From Malacoraja senta (taxonomy: Eukaryota), in assembly GCA_038087875.1 (NCBI GenBank), contig CM075993.1:11906001-11970000 (forward strand): a stretch of 64,000 nt of DNA, read 5' to 3'. A model generated the notes under the pieces. It was given only the letters and a program-made list of their open reading frames with translations, was not told where the DNA came from and made no database searches. Position 1 is the stretch's first letter; each line of letters begins with the position of its first letter. This document shows positions 1 through 12,843 of this stretch, piece by piece. A program made the translations under genes and the position numbers.

Positions 1-262
1 GGAGTGCAGCGTAGGTTCACGAGGTTAATTCACGGGATGGCGGAGAAATGTGATCTGTGGAATTCCCTGCCTCAGAAGGCAGTGGAGGCCAATTCTCTGG
101 ATGCTTTTAAGAGAGAGTTAGATAGATCTCTGAAAGATAGCGGAGTCAGGGGATATGGGGAGAAGGCAGGAACGGGATATTGAATGTGGATGATCAGCCA
201 TGATCACAGTGAATGGTGGTGTTGGTTCGAAGGGCCGAATGGCCTACTCCTGCCCCTATTGT
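1..262 (+). mobile_element. CR1 3' end fragment
   Basis: matches the 3' ends at 55200-55700 and 38805-39310. Confidence 0.8.
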
Positions 263-3200
263 CTTACCTTACACTAAACGTTATTCCCTTATCATGCACA
301 GGTATCTATACACTGTAAATGGCTCGATTGTAATAATGTATTGTCTTTCTGCTGACTGGTTAGCACGCAACAAAAGCTTTTCACTGTACATGTGCCAATA
401 AATAAAACTGAACTAATCTAGCACTGAACTACTGCTGAAAGCTTTACAAGCTGTCAAGTAATGCCTGCTTGATTCCAAAAGAGAGACTCAGAAGTAATAC
501 CTTCCATGGGAGGAAACAAGGGAAGTTAACAACCCGATTAGAACACACAATCTGGGAGCTGATTGTGGTCCAATGCATGACGTTACGAGAGATGCTACAC
601 AGAATATGACCATTCTGATGATCAGTGTTTAGCAGATAAATCCAAATCAATACTTGCATCAAGCAATTTCATCAGCTACGATCATTTACCTTTTTACTTG
701 AAGAATGTCTACTCTAACCCTAGGATTTCACCCATAACCACAACAGTCCTGTTGGTCCTAATTTCTCTTCCTACTCACTGATAATTTTAAACTTATGACT
801 TTCTAATGATTACCTCCCAAACCTCTCGCAATAATCACTGTATTTTCATAATCTGGGTGTGTCCACACTCTATATACCTGTGGTTTCAATATCTTCAGAG
901 GTTTACATTCAGAATTCTATTGCCTGCATCTTCATGACAATTCCAGTTATGATTTTTTCAAGTATTTTTAAATCAACAATGCACATTCATATAATACCAC
1001 TAACTGTGAGTTCCTGTACCTTGCATGGTAATAGAGCCGAGAAAAACTTGACATCTGATCCAAAGCAATGGAATGGAATGTGTAGATTCCATTCCAAAGG
1101 AACTGCAGATGCTGGTTTACGCCGAAGATAGACACAAAGTGCTGGAGTAACTCAGCGGGACAGGCAGCATCTCTGGAGAAAAGGAATAGGCGACCCTTCA
1201 TCAGACGGTTGAAAGGTCTCGCCTCGAAGCGTGACTGGAATGGAATGAGTGGCATTAAGGGGTTGTGTTGAAGCAAGTGAGGAGACACACTTAGGGAAGT
1301 AGTTCCCGAGGGAAGGCACGGCTGCCAATGGTGGAAATTAATGAGATGAGGGAAGCAAATGTCGGAATTTGGAAAGTACTTGGAGAGCTCCCAGCCAGAA
1401 GCAAGTCCCAGATAATGAGGGGCAAAGCATTGGTGGCATTGGGAACATGAGAACAAAATATGGAAATTGGAAAAATTGCTGTACCAGACAACAATGCAGA
1501 TAAGCTGGGACAAAGGTGATGAAGATAAAGGCAGCAGCATCTGGATGTGCTCACATTGGGGCTGAAGATGGAGAACGAGGAGCAACTCGAAAAGCATTTA
1601 AATTGTGAGGTTAGGAAGCAACAAATAGAGGGTTCTAGCTGCAAAATGTGCAGAGATCAGGGGCAGAAATGGGTAATATTTTGGAAGTGTTTGAACAGAG
1701 AGGATATGGGGACAGTTGCTTGGCTTATGGTCAAAAAAGTCTCCCAGATTGTGAACCGTCTGAACCAAATTGCAGTCATGGGCAAGGAACAGGCATCTTA
1801 GTCAACAACAATTTTAAAGAAATTGTGACTCTTGGTAGACTGGAGGACAGACAATCAGTCAGAAAAAACAAAGACCGTTGAAGGTAGAAACCGGTGGTCG
1901 TCAGGGTAGAGGTGGTTGTGGCTGGTATATAATCAATATACATTTTATTATATACAGTAGACACAAAAAGCTGGAGTAACTCAGCGGGACAGGCAACAGC
2001 TCCTGAAAAGAAGGAATGGGTGAGTTTCGGGTCGAGACCATATGGAGATTGGTGGATCAGAAGTTATCTAATGTAAAAGGACAAATGGCTATCATAAAAA
2101 CATAAGCAAAATGAGGTCAGAAGGGTAACAGGACATCTGTCTCTACTGCCACAGGGGTTGGTAGAAGAAGACCCAAGCAAGGGGATGTGTTTGTTGGAGT
2201 GATGATTTAACAAAGGAATGCTGAAGTGTCTTTGTGAAACCTGGTACGGGTTCTGTGTACAAGGATGACATGAATCTTTGTTCAATGCCGGATTGTTTGC
2301 AGCAATTGTAATGATCATGTATTGTCTTTCTGGTGACTGGAGAGCATGCAACAAAAAGCTTTTCACTGTACCTCAGTATACGTGACAATAAACTAAACTG
2401 TAAACTGCTGTATTTGATGGTCTTAAATAAAGTCTTAATTGCCTTACCTTTGTGCTGTGTTTTAAAGATTTCTTTATCACTACGTACACTGAGTAGCGAT
2501 GTGTTAATATGGTGAATACGACTTGGTTCTGCTGAAAGGTGCAGCAGGTGCATACAGAACTGCTGGCAATTCGCAGCAGAAGTACGTTTCTGGAGTTACT
2601 CCAGCTTTTTGTGTCTATCTTCGGTTTAAACCAGCATCTGCGGATCATTCCTACACATGTCATGAGGCCTTCCTGGTGGGGCAGGTGCAGGCAGAAACAA
2701 TGGGTCTGCCACAGCTGTGGTGTTTGTGGATTTAGGGCATCTTGAGATAGAGGCGGGTAGTGGTCGGAGGGGAATAAAGGTAAGGCCTCAGCTGAGAACC
2801 AACCATTCTGCATCATAAACAGGGAGCTCGGGGTAGGGGAAGTGAAAGCCAGAAAGGGGTAAGGGTTGGGGTCAGAGGGAAGCTGCGGAGAGTTACTGTG
2901 GGGGGTTGACGTGGGCTTAGTGGGGAGTGGAGTGTGAGTGATGGTGTGTGAGGGGTGCTTTTTTTCTGTCCAGTGCATGCAATTAGGAGGAAGCATCTGA
3001 AGAAGGATGTCAACCCAAAGCATCACCCATTCCTTCTCTCCACAGATGCTGCCTGTCCTGCTGAGTTACTCCAGCATTTTGTGTCTATCTTTGGAGGAAT
3101 AACTAGTGTTTGATTTGTTTCTCTGAGTCTGTGTGCCTGGAGGCTGCCGCAAGCAAGATATTTCATTTTATCTCCACCCCACCATAGTTGCTGATATGGC

Positions 3201-3424
3201 AATAAACTTGAACGAGCTTCTGGATTTTGGCACGGCAAATGAAAGCATGGAAATTGTAGCTGAGAAGATAATTGATTTGCATAAACCACAAACAACATTT
3301 ACAACTTTAGAGATCACTTGTAATGTATACCATCAATTATATTAATATACATAATCTTGAAATTAGCACTGAATCACAGTTCTCAAAATGATTAATATTA
3401 AATATGTGTAATCGTTACACTTAC

Positions 3425-3592
3425 CATTAATGACTTAAAGAACTTGTGCAGATACACCATCTGGATGCAGCCCAATTGTAAAGCGATTTCCCCATCCACA
3501 TTTAACATATCCAGATAAGCCTCTCCTTCTGTAGCATTACTGCACAAAGCCATCTTGAAGCTGAAGACTTCATCACCAATGATGGACACAAT
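3425..3592 (-). CDS. VPS13C: VPS13C exon 16 (168 nt; IVSIIGDEVFSFKMAL...LGCIQMVYLHKFFKSLM)
   Basis: tttcag acceptor, gtaagt donor, phase 0-0; gene continues beyond the window start. Confidence 0.93.
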
Positions 3593-3673
3593 CTGAAAGT
3601 ATGTGACGGACATTTTTTAATCTGCTTGAAATCATATTGAACTCTTTCAAAATAACAAATTATTTCTCATTGG

Positions 3674-3914
3674 TCGACAAAAATGCTGGAGAAACTCAGC
3701 GGGTGAGGCAGCATCTATGGAGCGAAGGTATAGGTGACTCTTCGGGTCGAGACCCTTCTTCAGACTGATGTGGGGGTGGGAGGGCGGGTCTGAAGACGGG
3801 TCTCGACCCAAAAAGTCACCTATTCCTTCGCTCCATAGATGCTGCCTCACCCGCTGAGTTTCTCCAGCATTTTTGTCTACCTTTGATTATTCCAGCATCT
3901 GCAGTTCTTTCTTA
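3674..3914. mobile_element. Palindromic Penelope terminal-repeat insertion
   Basis: two inverted ~90-bp arms; 20-bp TSD AACAAATTATTTCTCATTGG at 3654-3673 / 3915-3934. Confidence 0.85.
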
Positions 3915-4539
3915 AACAAATTATTTCTCATTGGACATTTAAAACCAGTGCAACAACAAGCTGGAATTAGAGGCCAAACAGACGACGGGAACCACTGAAA
4001 AGTTAAAATAGTTTTTCACAAACCGTTGAAAACTTTGTGAACATTTAACTTCACAGACTTATTAACAAGATGAAAAACCTATAATCTCCTTAAAATATTG
4101 GTTAACAGGTGAAACAATTAAGATGACAATCCATTTCTGACAGATCCTGTGCAACCAGTAAGTTGCAGTTATTGAAAAGAAAAAATAACAGATGCCGGAA
4201 ATCTGAGATAAATCTACAAATCTTTTACCTGTCTGCACTTCTGGACGCCCGCAGCGGCGGCTGCGGAGGGTTGAGGTCCCGACCACGGGGGAAAGTGGAG
4301 GAGGACTGGCCAAATTGTGTGCCTTCCACCACAGTGATGAATGCTGTGGTGGATGTTTGTGTTAAATTTTTAGTGCGTTTTTGTGTGTTCTTTCTCATTG
4401 TACTGCTGCTGGCAAATTCATTTCACTTGCACTTTATGTGCAATGTGACGAATAAAACCGTATTGTATTGTATTGTATTGTAAATCATGGGAAATATCAA
4501 TCACATCCAGAAGCATCGATGGAGAGAAGGATCTTTCAA

Positions 4540-5400
4540 TGTCACTTGGAACCACAGAAACACCACCTCTGATTAAAGAAATTCCTCCTCATCTTCTTTC
4601 TAAAGGAATGTCCTTTTATTCTGAGACTATGGCCTCTGGTTCTAGACTCTCCCACTAGTGCAATAATCCTCTCCACATCCACTCTATCCAAGCCTTTCAG
4701 TATTCAATATAAGTTTCAATGAGGTCCCCCCCTCAACCTTCTAAATTCCAGTGAGTACAGGCCCAGTGCTGTCAAACGCTCATCATACGTTAACCAAATC
4801 ATCCCCTGGATACTCTGGACCCTCTCCAGAGCAAACACATCCTTCCCCAGATACATGGCCCAGAACTGCTCACAATACTTCAATAGTGGTTTGACCAGTG
4901 CCTTATAAAGCCTCAGCATTACGTGCCTGTTCTTATTTTCTGGTCCACACGAAATAAATGCTAGCATTGTGTTTTCCTTCCTTACTACCGATTCGACTTG
5001 CAAATTAACTTTTTAGGAATCCTGCACCATCACATCCAAGTCCCTTTGCAACTCAAAATTCTGAATTCTCTCAACATTTAGAAAATAGTCGACGCCTTAA
5101 TTCCTATTACCAAAATGCATGACTCTACACTTTGAAACGTTGTATTCCATCAGAAACTTCCTTGCCCACTCTCCCAACCTGTCCATGTCCTCCTGCAGAA
5201 TCCCACATTTCTCTACACTACCTGCCCCTCCACCTATTTTCGTATCATCTGCAAACTTGGCCACAAAGCCGTTATTTCTCTCATCCAAATCATTGACATA
5301 CAACATGAAGAGTAGCGGCCCCAGCACCGACCCCTGCGGAACACCGCTAGTCACTGGCTAGTCAACCAGACAAAGCACCCCCTTATTGCCACTCTTGGTA
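4540..5400 (-). mobile_element. Degenerate CR1 RT fragment
   Basis: TSGVPQGSVLGP...FADDTKIGG. Confidence 0.85.
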
Positions 5401-5676
5401 TGATAGAAAAAGGAAATGATATGGCAGATGTAAGGTTGGCACCAGTTAAAGTGTTCCTGATGCTGTTACCATAAAAAGCAGGCTTATTCACAAATATCCA
5501 TGGGAAGGAAACGTGTATCCATACAACACCCGTCTCACTATGCAATCAACTCTCAGCTTCCTTTTCAAACAATTAACAAGCTACTCAACAGTGTGACATG
5601 AACCTGTCATTCCCAGTGTACAGCTGTGTAAGCAGGCAATCTGTTGGATCAATAATCACTGAATCTAGCACATTTA

Positions 5677-5983
5677 ATTTAGTTTTGTTTAGATACAGCA
5701 CGGAAACAGGTGCTTTGGCCCACCGCGTCCGCGCCCCGCACACCAGTACTATCCAACATACGGAGGACAATTTACAATCTTTACCAAAACCAATTAACTT
5801 ACAAAACTGTCGATTTTTATGGGAGGAATGGGAGTATGGGTGGAAGCCAGAGCCCCCAGAGAAAACCCACACAGTCACGGGGAGAACGTACAAACACTGT
5901 ACAGATAGCACCCGTAGTCAGGATGGAACCAGGGTCTCAGGCGCTGCAAGGCAGCAACTCTATTACTGCGCCACTGTGCTGCC
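5677..5983 (-). mobile_element. V-SINE (HE1-like)
   Basis: reverse complement of the same family. Confidence 0.8.
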
Positions 5984-7916
5984 CTCGTATCCAGGCTCAT
6001 GGCTGGCTCATATCCAGACGTGCCGGCCAACATCCCACACTCTCCTGGGCCACCTGTGGAAGGACTTGATCTTGCAGGTGGGGCGCTCAGCAAAGGTCAA
6101 TAAAGTATCAGACACCATAGGCTCATACTGTCTCATCTAAGGTCCAAACCCCTGTTAGCTATGACAGGAGGCAATACTGCAGGGGGAACTCTATTTCCCT
6201 GCCAAAGCGGGGACTGCAGCTCAGAGATATTCAGAACAATTTACAGCAAATGTAATGGTTTATATAGAAATAGATTTTTTTTAAAGTTGAAACACATCAA
6301 AACACAATCTGATAAAGTTGGAAAAAAAGATCAGGTGAACTTTTCAAGTGAACCTTTGTAACTTTGTCAGCACCAAAACGTGGCGACTCTTGTACACTGC
6401 CTAGGTGAGGTCTGTTACATGATTTTACCGGGTTGTATGCAAAACAAAGCATTTCACTGTACCGGGACATGTTGCAGTAAAATGTCCATTGAATTAATTG
6501 AATCATGATTTTACTTCGGAGTCACGTGTGACTACGTGAAGAACCCCGCCAGTGCGCCTGCGCGTCATTACGTCAGACGCCTTGACGCAAACGGACGTGT
6601 CTAGTGGATTTGTAGTTTTTCAACTACAAGGTAAGTAGAAACTTTTTTCATGTTTTCCAGGTCCGTTTACTGTGGGTCTGTGGGGATTTTTTCCACAGAT
6701 GCCATGGAAAAAACGGGCAGGGGGAAGAGGCGAGCGACTCAGCCGACAGAAAGTCGGGAGTCTACGGTTAGCGACCAACCGCCTCTAAACCCCGGTACAG
6801 TCGCCAGCGGTGAGCATAGCTACTGTGGACCTGGGGCAGTCAGCGCCTGTCGGGCGAAAGGCCAAATTTAAATCTACACGGCCCACGGAGGAGAAGTCGC
6901 AGGCAATGGAAATAGCTCCAGGGATTGATACTGCTTTTGAGCGTATTGCCCAAATTGAAAGCCTTCTACATAGGCTGTTGGAGCGAAGCACACTCAGGGA
7001 AGAGTGTACTGAAATCCAAGCTGCTGGAAGCAGCTCAACAGCTCCTGGTACAGGGCTGATGGAATGCACCCTCAGGGATGAGGAGCGTGCCACGGGTCAT
7101 GAGATTTCAGACCCCGACTCTGACGGTGAGGCTGTATAAGGCGAAGAACGGCAGCTGGCAGATATTTCACCACTGGCAGTACGATTCGCTGCCCCGTCAG
7201 CGTCAGGAGAGCCATTAGGAGAAGAATTGGCCTCCCTAATAAATTACTTGGTTTCCCATCAGCTGGAACAGCAGGAGATGGATGAGACTGCAAGAAAGCA
7301 TGAGACCCCAAGTAACTGCGTGTTGCAGTGAATCAAATTATCTGGAATTAGTTGAGTATGACTATGAGAAACTCAAGAATTGAAATTGCAGAGAATATTA
7401 AAGCTGCTGGGTTCTGGAATAACTGCTTTTGCCAGAATAGCGGATAAAAGCCAAGAGATGACGGAGTTGCATCAGGAAGCACTGGGGTTGCTATGCAGCA
7501 CCCACTTCGAGATCAATTGTTTGAGGAAAGGTGCTATACGGCCTACTATAAATCCGAAATTCGCAGCACTCTGCAAACCAAGTAATATACAATTACCCAA
7601 CTTACTCTTTGGAGAGGATCTCGGGAGACGTATTAAAGAGTTGGAAGATGGAGCGAAAACAGGATTGATGAAAACATCAATGGTTGTAAAGTCTGTAAAG
7701 AGGATATCCTTTCAGACGTCATACGGATCCTGGCGGCCTACAGCGGGAGCAAGAACCAGTGGGGGTGCTTCCGGGAGAATCCAGGGATCTCAGGGTACTC
7801 AAATGACTCAAGAGGTAGGTAGACCTGGTTCTCATGGGAACATACTAACCGGATTAAGTCCAAAAGTTGGAGGCAGATTACGTCTCTTCTATAACAATTA
7901 GAAGATTACTTCAGAT

Positions 7917-9685
7917 ATGGTAATTCTGAATAGTATACAAGGATTTCAAATTGAATTCAATCCAAATTATGATTTGCCTGTCCAGCATGTTCCTAGCAGA
8001 ACTCTCCACTTTGCACAAAAAGAAGTGATGGAGGTTCAAGCTTTACTTGAAACCCTATATATAAAAGGTGTTATTGAAGAATCAGTCTACCAAAATCACC
8101 AATTTGTGTCAAATATATTCCCTCGATCAAAAAAGGATAGGGGATGTAGGATTATTCTAGACTTGACAAGTCTGAATCCTTTTGTTCAATTTAGACATTT
8201 TAAAATGGAGACATTTGTGACTGCCAAACAACTTATCTCAGAAGCATGTTATATGGCAACTATACATTTAAAAGATGCATATTATTCAGTCACTTGGAAG
8301 ATAGGAAGTATCTTAAATTTACATGGATAAACCAGTTATGGCTATGCCTAATGGGTTAACGTCCACTCCCAGAAAATTCACAAAATTGTTAAAACCAATT
8401 CTGGGGTTGCTGAGAAGCCAGGGGCATGTACTAATGGCATACTTGGATGATGTCCTGATTATAGGAAGGACAAAACAGTCAACAGAAGCATCTGTTGCAG
8501 TTGTGAAATCAACTTTTGAAAGTTTGGGGTTTTCTAATTCATCCAAAGAAATCAAGGTTAACAACATGTACCTCGATTGATTATTTGGGGTTCACAATTG
8601 ATTCAGCCCAAATGAAAATTACTTTGCCCAGGGAAAAAAGGGTGAAGTTGATTAAAGATTGCAGTAATCTGTTAAACGAGCAAAAACCCTCAATCAGACA
8701 GGTGGCTCGAGTACTGGGAAAATTAGTAGCAGCATTCCCAGCAGTCCAATACGGACCATTACATTATCAACAGCTGCAGAGAGATAGAACCATGCAACTA
8801 ACAACAAATGCTGTTTCTGATCTGCAGTGGTGGATTCTACATGTCTCAAGCAGTTCCGGCAAAGTGCTGATTGAACAACCTTCCATGATATTACAAACTG
8901 ATGCCAGTGCACTAGAATGGGGTGCAACTGACATAGCATCTAGCTGCGGAGGCAGATGGAATCAGGAAGAGTCATTGTTACTGCAGACATGGGGAATTAA
9001 CTATTTGGAGCTTTTAGGATGTATCTATGGACTCCAAGCTTATTGTTCTAACACAACTAAAAGGCATGTTCAATTTCAAATTGATAACACAACAGTAGTT
9101 CCCTATATTAATGATATGGGTGGAATCAAGTCGGTGTCATGTGACAAAATGGCTAATCAATTTTGGTCTTGGTGTGTATAAAAGAACATTTGGATTTCAG
9201 CTATCTAGCTACCAGGTAGAATGAACACGATAGCAGACACCAGGTCACGAAAGTTCCATGATAATAAAGAATGGATGTTGAATCGAGAGGTATTCAATGA
9301 TATAGTAATCAGATTTGGAATGCCCGACATCGACTTGTTCGCATCTAGACTGAATCATCAGCTATCGAGATAGGTCTCATGGGAACCAGATCCAGGAGCA
9401 GTGGCGATTGATGCTTTCTCGCTATATTGGGGTGGTGTGTTTTCATATATATTTCCGCCTTTCTGCCTCATAAGCCAATGTTTGCTTAAAATCAGGCAAG
9501 ATGCTGCTTCAGGGGTATTGATAGTACCAGATTGGCCTACACACCCATGGTATCCATTGATATTAGAATTAACAACACAAATGTTGATGAAAGTCCCAAA
9601 AAGGAGTAATTTATTGCTGCACCCTGTAACAGGGGAACAACATCCATTATATGATCGTTTGGATTTGTTGATTTGCAGGTTTTAA
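7917..9685 (+). pseudogene. DIRS RT / RNase H / adenine-methyltransferase-like ORF (frameshifts and stops)
   Basis: ORF pieces 7917-8330, 8323-8580, 8516-9181, 9401-9685 carry RIILDL, DAYY, PNGL, YLDD, YLGF, TDAS and FPPF motifs. Confidence 0.88.
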
Positions 9686-10652
9686 GAAGGCCTTTTCTGG
9701 GGCGAGGACTGTCTGAGCATACTGTGGACATGCTTACGGCAGCCTGGAGGAAGAGCAGTTAAAAAACAGTACTTTTCTTATATTAAGAAATGGGAAGAGT
9801 TCTGTGTACAAAAGAATGTGGAATATAGTACTGCAGATATTTCAAATGTTTAGAATTTCTGTCAAAACTTTATTATGATGAAGGTCTGAGTTGTAGTGCA
9901 ATTAATTCAGCCAGAAGTGCATTGTCCTCATATTTGGTTCTGGATTCGGAAAGAAACTCAATTGGGTCACACCCACTTGTTTCCAGACTAATGAAAGGAA
10001 TCTTTAATTCCAAACCACCGAAACCTAGGTACATGACAATCTGGGATGTAAATGTGGTACTGAAACTACTTCGTGAATGGTCACCAAGTGTGTCTTTACT
10101 TTTTGCCAAGCTCAGTATGAAAGTAGTCATGCTTATGGCATTAGTGACAGCACAACGAGTGCAAACACTTGGAAAATTACAAATAGACAGGATGGAAGTA
10201 ACTGAAGACAAGGTTACATTCTATATCTATGACCTACTAAAGCAAAGTAGGCCAGGTGTGACAGGATTTAAAATTGTGCTAGCAGCATATCCAAATGATC
10301 CTTGTCTCTGTGTTAAGACATATTTGTTACAATACATGGAGGTCACAAAAAAATTGAGAATACGGAAACTGGGTTGTTGATCACACACAAGAAACCACAC
10401 AAGAGAGTTTCAGTACAGACTATTTCCAGATGGATAAAAGAAGTCTTAACAGCTGCTGGTATTAACACTGATGTTTTTACGTCTCACTTGTCTAGGGCAG
10501 CAGAAACGTCGGCGGCCAGGGCGAAAGACGTCCCTGTCGACCATATCCTCGCAGCCGCCGGGTGGTCCAATGAGTTGATGTTTCAACATTTTTACCATCG
10601 GCCTATTGTTAATGTGGGATTGTTTGCAGAAACTATTTTAAGTTCTGTGTAA
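9683..10652 (+). pseudogene. DIRS tyrosine recombinase ORF (frameshifted)
   Basis: GSHPLVSRLMKG, TAQRVQTL, TISRWIKEVL, SHLSRAA, AAGWS...FQHFY catalytic-type motifs. Confidence 0.88.
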
Positions 10653-10820
10653 ATTCCTCTGGTTTAAAGGGGATCTGATTAATTTCATTTTTGAAATGAA
10701 TTACTGCATTTGTGGTACAAATGTTATTATGAATGCATGGTTGATTATTCTCGTTCGGAGTCAATCAATGCAGTGAGAAGCCAGGGTTGATCTACGGCAT
10801 GAAATCACAAAGCTTTAAAA

Positions 10821-10934
10821 TCTTCACGTAGTCACTCACGTGACTCCGAAGTAAAATAGTAAGATTAAACGAGAACTTACCTAAGTTTGAAGTTTGATCT
10901 TTATTTTATGAGGAGTTACGTAGGTGATTACGTG
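10821..10934 (+). other. DIRS internal complementary region (ICR)
   Basis: 10821-10856 is the reverse complement of the 5' end (6509-6542, 2-nt indel); 10861-10934 is the reverse complement of 11087-11160. Confidence 0.9.
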
Positions 10935-11581
10935 CCCACCACGACCCTACCCTCTATCATAAAGGTCAGATGGAAGTTCTTGTATTACTCGTTTTATTAT
11001 GAGACTATATTACTTCGGTTGTTGTTTTTTGTGATTTCACACCGCTGCTTTGAAGATTGACGCGCAGGCGCACTGGCGGGGTTCTTCACGTAATCACCTA
11101 TGTAACTCCTCATAAAATAAAGATCAAACTTCAAACTTAGGTAAGTTCTCGTTTAATCTTGCTATTCTATGCTAGATCCTCACCATCGGACTCCTTCAAG
11201 CGCCAGTGTGGCGTATGCACCACAACATGTACTGGAAGTAGTGGATTCACACAAGTTCCTGAATTACTTGTGCAGAAGCTGCAGAACATGATTGACCCAG
11301 CAGTTTGGCTCATTATCTACGAGGATAAACAGCTCAAACAGGGACTTCACCCGTTCTATTTCATAGTAAAGCTGGTATTTCTTTAAAGTTGGCCTGAATG
11401 AAAACTTCGACTGGAGGCATAACTAAAATCGTGAGCTGCTTATTGCACAGATCAAAAAGGAGCATTTAGGTTTTAGTTTAGATCGAAGATAGATACAAAA
11501 AGCTGGAGTAACTCAACGTGTCACAGTATCTCTGGAGAAAAGGAATAGGTGACGTTTCAGGTCGAGACTCTTCTTCAGACT

Positions 11582-11866
11582 TTTAGTTTAGTTTAGTTTA
11601 GAGATACAGCGTGGAAACAGGCCCTTCAACCCACCAAGTCCACACTGACCCGGCAATCCCTGCACATTAACACTATGCTACACAGATTAGGGACAATGTT
11701 ACATTTACACCAAGCCAATTATCCTACAAACCAGCACGTCTTTGGAGAGTGGGAGGAAACCGAAAAATGTACAAACTCCTTCCAGATGGCACATGTGGTC
11801 AGAATCGAACTCGGGTCTCTGGCTCTGTAAGGCAGTAGCTCTAACGCTATGCCACTGTGCCGCCAT
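11582..11866 (-). mobile_element. V-SINE (HE1-like)
   Basis: reverse complement; (TTTAG)n tail. Confidence 0.8.
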
Positions 11867-11896
11867 GTCTGCGCATTATTCCCACTTGCATCAAGC

Positions 11897-12660
11897 CTTG
11901 AGGAATGCAGTTGAACAGAGGGATCTAGGAATAACTGTGCATAGTTCCCTGAAGGTGGAATCTCATGTAGATAGGGTGGTAAAGAAAGCTTTTGGTGTGC
12001 TGGCCTTTATAAATCAGAGCATTGAATATAGAAGTTGGGATGTAATGTTAAAATTGTACAAGGCATTGGTGAGGCCAATTCTGGAGTATGGAGTACAATT
12101 TTGGTCGCCTAATTATAGGAAGGATGTCAACAAAATAGAGAGAGTACAGAGGAGATTTACTAGAATGTTGCCTGGGTTTCAGCAACTAAGTTACAGAGAA
12201 AGGTTGAACAAGTTAGGTCTTTATTCTTTGGAGCGCAGAAGGTTAAGAGGGGACTTGATAGAGGTCTTTAAAATTATGAGCGGGTTAGACAGAGTGGACG
12301 TGGATAAGCTTTTCCCATTGAGAGTAGGGAAGATTCAAACAAGGGGACATGACTTGAGAATTAAGGGACAGAAGTTTAGGGGGAACATTAGGGGGAACTT
12401 CTTTACTCAGAGAGTGGTAGCTGTGTGGAATGAGATTCCAGTGGAAGTGGTGGAGGCAGGTTCGATGTTATCCTTTAAAAATAGATTGGATGGGTATATG
12501 GACGGGAAAGGAATGGAGGGTTATGGTCTGAGTGCAGGTAGATGGGACTAGGGGGAAGTATTTATTTTTAATTTAAAAAAAAAATTAAAAAAATGTTCGG
12601 CACGGACTTGAAGGGCCGAGATGGCCTGTTTCCGTGCTGTTATGGTTATATGGTTATATA
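11897..12660 (+). mobile_element. 3' fragment of the same CR1 family as 44478-47970
   Basis: RNAVEQRDLG...GYGLSAGRWD; nearly identical sequence and tail. Confidence 0.92.
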
Positions 12661-12739
12661 AGCCTGTAGCAAGCTAGAATGGAATAACAAAGCCTAAACC
12701 ACGCTGAATGATTTTTGCAGATGATGAAGAACAACTCAC

Positions 12740-12843
12740 CTTTTTATGCAGAGTCTTTGGGCCAACATCTGTCACGACAACGTCTTTCAGTCGGGCAAAA
12801 ACTTCCGTCCGTTTAGGCTGCATGGTGATGGATGCATCCATAC
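12740..12843 (-). CDS. VPS13C: VPS13C exon 15 (104 nt; MDASITMQPKRTEVFARLKDVVVTDVGPKTLHKK)
   Basis: tcgcag acceptor, gtgagt donor, phase 1-0. Confidence 0.92.

Larger units (their letters stand above)
6508..11166 (+). mobile_element. DIRS1-type tyrosine-recombinase retrotransposon, full structure, ORFs decayed
   Basis: ITRs 6528-6567 / 11058-11097 (1 mismatch in 40 nt); ICR 10821-10934 complementary to both termini; gag-like ~6810-7900; RT (YLDD ~8440); RNase H (TDAS, INYLEL, IDNTT); methyltransferase-like (DLFAS...FPPF); YR (R...HxxR...W...Y). Confidence 0.93.

Noticed and set aside
968..3026. Long minus-strand ORFs 968-1597 and 2373-3026
   Set aside because: Low-complexity or repeat-derived translations with no recognisable domain, and they do not fit the VPS13C exon series
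6631..6660. Intron in the DIRS 5' region (GTAAGT...TTCCAG)
   Set aside because: Only 30 nt, too short for a normal vertebrate intron; no supporting evidence
11742..12551. 269-aa novel protein
   Set aside because: Chance fusion of an antisense V-SINE with a CR1 ORF2 C-terminus
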